Source: a virus (lineage: Duplodnaviria; Caudoviricetes). From it: a DNA stretch of 39,694 bases. Shown here piece after piece: positions 33,237-39,694 of the stretch. Both the position numbers and the translations under genes were made by a program. Location: the IMG/VR virus record IMGVR_UViG_3300032218_001037, positions 1 through 39,694 of that record; one strand, given 5' to 3'. The notes under the pieces were generated by a model. It did not search any database, had not been told where the DNA came from, and saw nothing but the letters and a program-made list of their open reading frames with translations. Within the stretch, counting starts at the first letter, position 1. Each line of letters opens with the position of its first letter.

Positions 33237-34481
33237 ATGGGTTTTAATTCATATATGGTTCAACCTAAAAAATCAAATCAAGATTTGGGTCAACCTATTG
33301 TTGCTAAATTAAATCCAGCCATTCCAGTTAATCCTAATTCAACTTATAGTGGTTACTCTCCTTCGCAGATGGGTCGTGTTAGCGACGCTGTGGCTGGTAC
33401 ACTACCTTTTGTTTCTACTGCTGGATACAATGCAGATGTAAATAATTCTGCCACCACTGCCGCTCTTGCTGCTTTAGGTTTGAATTCTGATGGAACACCT
33501 ATTTCTGGTGGTTCTTCAAATAGTTTTCAGCAGATGTTGGCTTCTCTTTCTGGTGCTGGAACAGGTGGTGGAACAGGTGGTGGTAGTAGTAAATCTGGTT
33601 ACACAACTGGTGATGCACGTATGGCCGAACTTACATATCAGCAACAAAAAGATGCTATTGCTGCACAAAGACTGCAAGACCAAATTGCCGCAATGACTAA
33701 TGACTATAAATCTGGTGGATATAACAATGATATTTCTGCATTGATGAACACTCTTGCTGGTATGCAAACAACTGGTCAGCAAGGTATTTCTGATGTTTAC
33801 AATAATGCTATTGGAAACATCAACAGTAACTATGACACTTCAATAAGTAATATTGGTCAGGGTTATACGCAGGCACAAGATTTAACCGGTCAGGGTTATT
33901 CTGCTTTGAATGATTATTTGACTAAGAATCAAATTAATCCTTACGCAAATATGCAGGCTACTGTTAGCAATGTTTTGAATCCGCAGGAAGCGGTTCTTAA
34001 TGCCTACGGTGCTAATGACCCTAGGGTTCAAGGTCAGATTGCTGCTAGTCAGGCTGCTGGTCAAACTGGTGGGGCTGCTTTTAATGATTTGATTAGGGTA
34101 TTAAGTGGTCAATCTAATGCAGGTAATGAGTCTCGTTTGTCTGAGGCTCAGATGGCTAATACTTTGGCTCAGGCTGGTTTAACTGGTCAGAAGGCTGCTT
34201 ATACTTCTAGGGCTGAATCATCAAAGGCTCAAGCCTCTGCTGCTGCACAGTTGCAACAAGAGCAGGCTTTGAATCAGTTGGCTCAACAGATTGCTAGCCA
34301 GCAGTTCTCACTTCAGTCTCAGCAGGCACAACAGAAACGTGCTGCTGAACAGGCTTTGATTGATATGGGTATCGACCCTGCTACCTTGCAACCGTTGATT
34401 GCTGCTCAAACTCCAACCCAAACTCAAACAGGTTTATCTCCTGATGAATTGATGGCTTTGCAAGCCCGTCGTGGAATGTAA
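33237..34481 (+). CDS. Putative internal virion/ejection protein 2
   Basis: Gln/Ala/Gly-rich coiled coil, 414 aa. Confidence 0.65.
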   Translation: MGFNSYMVQPKKSNQDLGQPIVAKLNPAIPVNPNSTYSGYSPSQMGRVSDAVAGTLPFVSTAGYNADVNNSATTAALAALGLNSDGTPISGGSSNSFQQMLASLSGAGTGGGTGGGSSKSGYTTGDARMAELTYQQQKDAIAAQRLQDQIAAMTNDYKSGGYNNDISALMNTLAGMQTTGQQGISDVYNNAIGNINSNYDTSISNIGQGYTQAQDLTGQGYSALNDYLTKNQINPYANMQATVSNVLNPQEAVLNAYGANDPRVQGQIAASQAAGQTGGAAFNDLIRVLSGQSNAGNESRLSEAQMANTLAQAGLTGQKAAYTSRAESSKAQASAAAQLQQEQALNQLAQQIASQQFSLQSQQAQQKRAAEQALIDMGIDPATLQPLIAAQTPTQTQTGLSPDELMALQARRGM

Positions 34482-34498
34482 CCAAAGGGGGTAATAGT
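34478..34498 (+). promoter_or_regulatory. GTAAC-N9-TA motif before ATG 34499
   Basis: GTAAC-CAAAGGGGG-TAATAGT-ATG. Confidence 0.5.
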
Positions 34499-35749
34499 AT
34501 GTCCGTCAATCCGAATGACCCTCTTTCCATCATTCTAAATCTGATTAATACCAAGGGTTCAAACAAAACAGATATCAATAATTTGTTTGACCCTAATCTT
34601 GCTTTTGCTACGGGTTCTGCTGTTGATACTGGTTTAACTGATGCACAAATTGAGCAACTCAATATGCCTACTTGGCTTTCTCTTGCTAATACTCCATCTG
34701 ATTCTATTCCATCAAAAATTGCTGCTGATATCGCTAATGGTATTGACCCTTTTACTGTTAAACAAAACATTCGTAAAAGTGGTGTTCAGTTGTTGCCTGG
34801 TGAAACATTTAAAACTTATGATGACTTGGTTGATAAACTTGTGTCTGAACAAACAAAAACTACTGCCGAAAAGTTGAAGCGTGATACTGCTGCAGATATT
34901 TATACTAAGGCTGGTATTCCTAATCCCAATGAACGTTTTGACCCTACAAATGTTTATCCTGACCTTTTTGCTGGAATGCAAAAAGGTATTAATGAGACAC
35001 AAGCAAAAGTTGATAAGAGTGTTGGAGATGTTTATGCACAAAATCCAACCACTCAAAGGGTCACAGATAAGAATGCTCAACTTGAGTTGTTAAAAAAACA
35101 AGTTCTTAAAGAATGGAGTACTCCTGCAGAGGGGCAGAATTTTGATAAGCCTTGGCAAGACCAGACTGTAAGTTATGCTGGTGCCCCAGCATACACTCTT
35201 GGAGATATATTAAAAAATGCTAACATTTCTTGGTCTGACCCATTGGCAATTAACTCTTTGCTTAAAGGTGTAACACAAGTTGGTGGTGGTGTATTGAAAG
35301 ATATTTTTATGCCATCATCTAGTGCTAAAGATAAGAAAGCAATGGAGAAAGCAGCGATGAAAGAAGCGCAAGCACGTCTTGCTGCTAATCCAAATCAAAT
35401 TTTGCAGGACCCAGTTAAAAATGCTCAGGCTGCTGCTCGGGCAAATTATCTTGCTGAACTTGCTGGTGCTCCAGCAAAAACTATTGGCGATAATCCCCTT
35501 GCTGCTGCAGCACAAGGTCAGGTATGGGATGCAAAGTTGAAAGCATTTAGAGCACCTGCTGCTGGTGAGTTTGGTACAACGGCAACTCGTGTTCCAGCAT
35601 TAAATCTTCGTGACCCTGTTGCCAAACAGAATGCGATTATGGCTTTAACCTCACAACTAATTGGCAAAGGAATGGAACAGCAGGGTCAGACACCTGCGAA
35701 TGTTGAGTTACTTAAAAGGGCAATCGCACTACGCACAATGGGAAAATAA
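34499..35749 (+). CDS. Putative internal virion/ejection protein 3
   Basis: 416-aa helical protein directly before the giant ORF. Confidence 0.6.
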   Translation: MSVNPNDPLSIILNLINTKGSNKTDINNLFDPNLAFATGSAVDTGLTDAQIEQLNMPTWLSLANTPSDSIPSKIAADIANGIDPFTVKQNIRKSGVQLLPGETFKTYDDLVDKLVSEQTKTTAEKLKRDTAADIYTKAGIPNPNERFDPTNVYPDLFAGMQKGINETQAKVDKSVGDVYAQNPTTQRVTDKNAQLELLKKQVLKEWSTPAEGQNFDKPWQDQTVSYAGAPAYTLGDILKNANISWSDPLAINSLLKGVTQVGGGVLKDIFMPSSSAKDKKAMEKAAMKEAQARLAANPNQILQDPVKNAQAAARANYLAELAGAPAKTIGDNPLAAAAQGQVWDAKLKAFRAPAAGEFGTTATRVPALNLRDPVAKQNAIMALTSQLIGKGMEQQGQTPANVELLKRAIALRTMGK

Positions 35750-38700
35750 ATGGATAATCAGCAAAATCTGATTAACAATCTAAACAATCTTTCCAAGAAG
35801 GCGACCACCCAGCCAGGTCCTCCTCCTTCTTCTTCTATTGTTGATTCGTTTAAATCTGCACCTGGACTTAGTAGTGGTATTTCTAATAAGCCAATGAGTG
35901 CTGGTCATGTTGATTTTTTGAATCAACAAGTAAAAACTAGTAGTGCTGCGATGAATGCTATTGCGCAACGTCCGGGCTTGTCTGCAAGTATTGGAAATAT
36001 TACTGCTGGTGGTCAACAGACTTCTGGTGCTTTGGGAACTATTGGTAAAGCAATATTTGATAACCCTGTTAGTAAAACAATTCTTGGTGCTGGTTCTGTT
36101 GTTGATACTGGTCGTCGAGCAATTATTTCTGGCATTCGTGAAGTTACAGATGTTTTAGATAATGATTCAAGAACAAAAGGAAGTTTAAAAGATTGGTTTA
36201 GCCAAACTAAAGATACTTCGTATGGTTTTGGTAAAGCATTTCCAATGACTGGTTGGAGCGGAAGACTTCTTGGATTAGTCGGTGACATTGGTTTAGACCC
36301 TCTTACATATGCCTCACTTGGCGCTACTGTGCCTGAAGCACTTGTATTGCGTGGTGCACAAGAAGCAGAACTCGCCCTCAAGGGACTTGAGGTCGGTTCT
36401 GATGCGTATAAAGCAGTTCAAGCAGAACAAACATTGAGGTCTGCTCTTGGTGTCAAGCACATCGCTGGTAGAGAGGGCCGTGTTGCTCTTGCAGGTCTTG
36501 TTGACCGTATGGGTGGTTCTGCAGAACTCGTTAAAGATGTTGCTTCTAAAGGTCGTGTTGCTTTTAGAACTAGTGAAGAAGGCATTGCAATGGCAGACAA
36601 AGTTGGTTTGCAACGCAGTGGTGTTTATTTCTTTGGTTCTCGTGTTCGTGCTCCAATGACTGGTCCTATTGCAGATGCTCTTGAGTCTGGTCTTACACGC
36701 ACAAGAATGGGAATTATGGGTTCAAGCCCTATGGCTTGGCTTGCAGAAAATATGGCTCTTACCGGTACTTCTTCTAAGCGTGTTTTAAAAGAAATTAATA
36801 CCGCTCTTGCCACTGGTAATTATGATTTAAAGAGTTTGTCTAAAGTTCTTCCTAATGCAATGGGTGATGCAGAAAAAGCACAGTTCTTTGTGCGTGTTCT
36901 TGGTGCAGAAAATTATGCTCGTGCACAAACAAAGATTGTTTTGGATGAGTACATGAAGCGTATTGCACCAATTCTTGAGCATGAAGATATTCGTGCCGCA
37001 GGTCCAACTGTATATCAGTTTTTGGATACACCACAGTACACGTTGGAGGGAAAACCTAACTGGACTAGACCGATGACAGATGTTGAGACTCGTGCTTATG
37101 GTCAATTGAAGAGTGCTTTCAATGATTTCCATAATGAGGTTGGTGCAAGAATGCGTCTTGTTGACCCAAAGTTTGTTATGGGAGATATACAAGATTACTT
37201 TCCTCACATGATGACCAAAGATGCTTCTGAGTGGTTAGGTCGCAAGTCTTCTGGTACACGTGCAGAAGAAATTATGCAATATCTTAAAGTAAATATGGCA
37301 GACCCAAGTAAGTCTTTTAGAGCACGTCAAATGGCTGAAGGTAAAGTTTTCTTTGGTCATGTTTTAACACAAGAAGACATGCTTAAAGGTGTTGACTTTT
37401 TAAACGAGTTGGCAAATAAAGGTGGTTTTGTTGGCAAGTTTTTCGAAACAGATATTCCCACTGTTATGCAAAAATATGGTCAGCATTACGCTGACCAATT
37501 TGGTACAGCAGAATTTCTTGGTCGTCTAGTTGATGGTGGTGGTTTGCAATATGCCAAACAAGTTTCCACTATTGCCCCAGAGTGGGTTTCCGCAAATGCT
37601 GATTTAGTTAAAGTTGCTAATGCCAATCTTAGAACTGCAGGCACAGAAGTTCGTGCTAAGGGTTCTGAACTTACTACAGAGGTTTCCAAACTTCTTGATG
37701 CTATTAGATATAAGACTAAGGGTGTTGTTGGTTTAGAGTTGAGTACATTGGAAAAGACTGCAACAAAGGTTGGTTCTGTTGAAGATGCATTGAAGTCTCT
37801 TGAGGTTGCTAGGGCTTCTTTCAAATCCAAAATTGATAATTTAACTACTAAGTGGATTGATTTCAAATCACAGTTTGAAAAACAAACTGAGGTCGTTAAC
37901 TCTTTGAATGATATTTTTAATGGTGCAAATAACGCTGTTACAGAAACAGAGCAATCTATTGCAGAGTTGATGACTACTTTTCAGTCTGATATTTCTGTTA
38001 TGAATTCACAGTTGGGTCAAAATCCTGAAACTATAAAATATTTGTATCAGGGCAAAGAATCAACTGTTAGTGAGATTGAAAAAATTATTGATGATAAAAT
38101 TCAAGTTGCTGCAAAAGAGTTGACCAATGCGGAGACTGCTCTTGCCAAGGCTTCTGAAGACCCTAATCTTTTGAATGATATTCTTACATCTAAACTTGAT
38201 GTTACTACTGGTACAGGTATTGATGCTTATGACAATGTTTTGAACATTGTTCTTCGTCAGGATTATCGTGATGTTGGTGTTGGTTTGGGTTATGCAAAAG
38301 GTGGACGTGGTGGTTTGGGTGAGAAGAATGTTGAGAAGTTTTGGAGTGCAGAAGGTTTGTCTCCAGAAATGTCTGCACTTAAAGTTCGTCTTGACCCAAC
38401 TAATTCTATTAAACCTGCGACGTTATCAAAAATATTTATGGAAGATTCTGTTGACGCTAAGGGTAATTTGATTCCTGGTATTCGCACTCGTATTGCTCGT
38501 GCGACAACTACTGGAGATAATCTTCAGGACTTGCGTGAGGCTGGTGTTTGGCTTCTTACTCGTGACATGAAAATCAATCCTGATTTTCTTAAAGAGATGA
38601 TTCCAACTCATAATGCTTATTCGAGATATGAGAACCTTGTCAATCTTATTGACCAAGCAGGCACAGCACAGCGTATTGTTGAGGGTCGTGCTGCTGGAAC

Positions 38701-39694
38701 ATCTACAACTCTTGTTGCCGGAAATAGAGTTTCTATTGATGCTTTAACTTCTGCTTTCAAAAAAACTTCTGATGAAGTTAATAAGATTCAAGAACTTCTT
38801 CATTCAACTATTGATGTATTTGATTCTCTTCCTGAGAATCAAATAACAAATGATGTTATTGATAAATATCGTATTGAAAGAAACAATCTCGAAAGACAGT
38901 TCAAAGATTTAACCGATAGAAAGAATCGTCTTAATAATCAACTTCCTAAACAAAGTCGTGAAGTTGCTAACCGTGTTGTTCAGTTGAATGGTTATAAAGA
39001 TATTGTTGCAGACCTTGGCAACGCTGTGTCTGAATATTATTTGCATCGTGAGACAAGTATTCAGTTGGGTAGAGTTATTCAAACTCTTGAACCTCGTGGT
39101 CAAAAAGTTAATCAGCAAATGTATAATCGTATTCTTGCAGGTGTTTCTGCTAGTGAGTTAAAAACTAATCAAGAGTTTATGACTAAACTTTCAGAAGTTA
39201 AGGGTGTATTTGAAAGAATGCGTTCAAGGATTACTTCTTATAAAGAAGGAGATATTTCTCGTTCTAATACTTTGCGTGAAGAGTTGTCAAAAATATTTAA
39301 TGCTTCTATTGAAGCAGAGCGACCAGTAAATATTGATAGCCGTTATGGTATGCGTGTTTGGAATAAAGAGCAGAAACAACTTGTGCGTGATGCAGAGTTG
39401 TTGCGTGAACATTTTCCAGAGATTGAAGCAGTGTGGCGTCGTGGTCAACTTGGTTCTAATAACCGTTTGTTTTATCAGTACAATGGTGGTGAACCGGCTA
39501 AACAACTTGAACAAGATGTTATTGCAAAGTTAAAAGAAATTGGCATTACCCCAGAATGGGGTAAAGCACCCTCTGAACTTCCAAGAGTTATTAGGTCAAA
39601 CATGGGAGAAGTTCTTCCACGTTCATATGTTCAAACTGGTGGAAGTGTTGAATATCAGGCTGCAAGATATGACGCTATGCGTGGAAATATCGAG
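35750..39694 (+). CDS. N-terminal half of giant internal virion/ejection protein (~2535 aa in total with 1..3663)
   Basis: ATG at 35750 (MDNQQNLINNL...) directly after the previous stop. 3945 nt is exactly 1315 codons; I saw no stop, which explains its absence from the ORF track. Contains GDIGLDPLTY and DYFPHMMT motifs. Confidence 0.8.
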   Translation, partial: MDNQQNLINNLNNLSKKATTQPGPPPSSSIVDSFKSAPGLSSGISNKPMSAGHVDFLNQQVKTSSAAMNAIAQRPGLSASIGNITAGGQQTSGALGTIGKAIFDNPVSKTILGAGSVVDTGRRAIISGIREVTDVLDNDSRTKGSLKDWFSQTKDTSYGFGKAFPMTGWSGRLLGLVGDIGLDPLTYASLGATVPEALVLRGAQEAELALKGLEVGSDAYKAVQAEQTLRSALGVKHIAGREGRVALAGLVDRMGGSAELVKDVASKGRVAFRTSEEGIAMADKVGLQRSGVYFFGSRVRAPMTGPIADALESGLTRTRMGIMGSSPMAWLAENMALTGTSSKRVLKEINTALATGNYDLKSLSKVLPNAMGDAEKAQFFVRVLGAENYARAQTKIVLDEYMKRIAPILEHEDIRAAGPTVYQFLDTPQYTLEGKPNWTRPMTDVETRAYGQLKSAFNDFHNEVGARMRLVDPKFVMGDIQDYFPHMMTKDASEWLGRKSSGTRAEEIMQYLKVNMADPSKSFRARQMAEGKVFFGHVLTQEDMLKGVDFLNELANKGGFVGKFFETDIPTVMQKYGQHYADQFGTAEFLGRLVDGGGLQYAKQVSTIAPEWVSANADLVKVANANLRTAGTEVRAKGSELTTEVSKLLDAIRYKTKGVVGLELSTLEKTATKVGSVEDALKSLEVARASFKSKIDNLTTKWIDFKSQFEKQTEVVNSLNDIFNGANNAVTETEQSIAELMTTFQSDISVMNSQLGQNPETIKYLYQGKESTVSEIEKIIDDKIQVAAKELTNAETALAKASEDPNLLNDILTSKLDVTTGTGIDAYDNVLNIVLRQDYRDVGVGLGYAKGGRGGLGEKNVEKFWSAEGLSPEMSALKVRLDPTNSIKPATLSKIFMEDSVDAKGNLIPGIRTRIARATTTGDNLQDLREAGVWLLTRDMKINPDFLKEMIPTHNAYSRYENLVNLIDQAGTAQRIVEGRAAGTSTTLVAGNRVSIDALTSAFKKTSDEVNKIQELLHSTIDVFDSLPENQITNDVIDKYRIERNNLERQFKDLTDRKNRLNNQLPKQSREVANRVVQLNGYKDIVADLGNAVSEYYLHRETSIQLGRVIQTLEPRGQKVNQQMYNRILAGVSASELKTNQEFMTKLSEVKGVFERMRSRITSYKEGDISRSNTLREELSKIFNASIEAERPVNIDSRYGMRVWNKEQKQLVRDAELLREHFPEIEAVWRRGQLGSNNRLFYQYNGGEPAKQLEQDVIAKLKEIGITPEWGKAPSELPRVIRSNMGEVLPRSYVQTGGSVEYQAARYDAMRGNIE

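Noticed and set aside
35780-39533. Many short antisense or alternate-frame ORFs in the track
   Set aside because: They are shadows of the long plus-strand ORF, with no motifs recognised. The same applies to most antisense ORFs over other long genes.
1-39694. tRNA/rRNA genes, integrase, alternative genetic code
   Set aside because: I saw no cloverleaf or rRNA-like segment and no recombinase motif, and genes tile densely under the standard code.

Overview
This window is most likely a complete, circularly permuted 39.7-kb tailed phage genome. The ORF starting at 35750 runs open to the last base and continues in frame at base 1, giving one ~2535-aa protein. The virion looks P22-like and short-tailed: portal, scaffold, major capsid protein, adaptor, nozzle and several ejection proteins, with no tape measure or tail tube recognised. 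A WhiB gene and an M15-type endolysin point to an actinobacterial host (inference). Minus strand ~4.0-17.1 kb holds small early genes, an amidoligase plus class II glutamine amidotransferase, WhiB, an SLT muramidase, a Cas4-like exonuclease, an SSB-like protein, a DnaB-like helicase, an AEP primase, HNH, RusA, a sigma region-4-only protein and a cluster of small basic or Cys-rich genes. Plus strand ~17.2 kb to the end and 1-4.2 kb holds TerS, a fibre/accessory island, TerL, Dps, head/tail genes and the endolysin. I recognised no integrase, repressor, DNA polymerase, tRNA or CRISPR array. The most interesting signals are: (1) five copies of the palindrome AACTGATA-N6-TATCAGTT in the early region, two of them in an identical palindrome / long G-U hairpin / AGATACAAATACAAAC / RBS module; (2) a GTAAC motif 16-17 nt upstream of six late start codons, suggesting a compact phage-specific promoter for leaderless mRNAs; (3) a C-terminal DQxVLxxxIF motif shared by two distant fibre proteins. 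All family calls are from recalled motifs; no database search was run.
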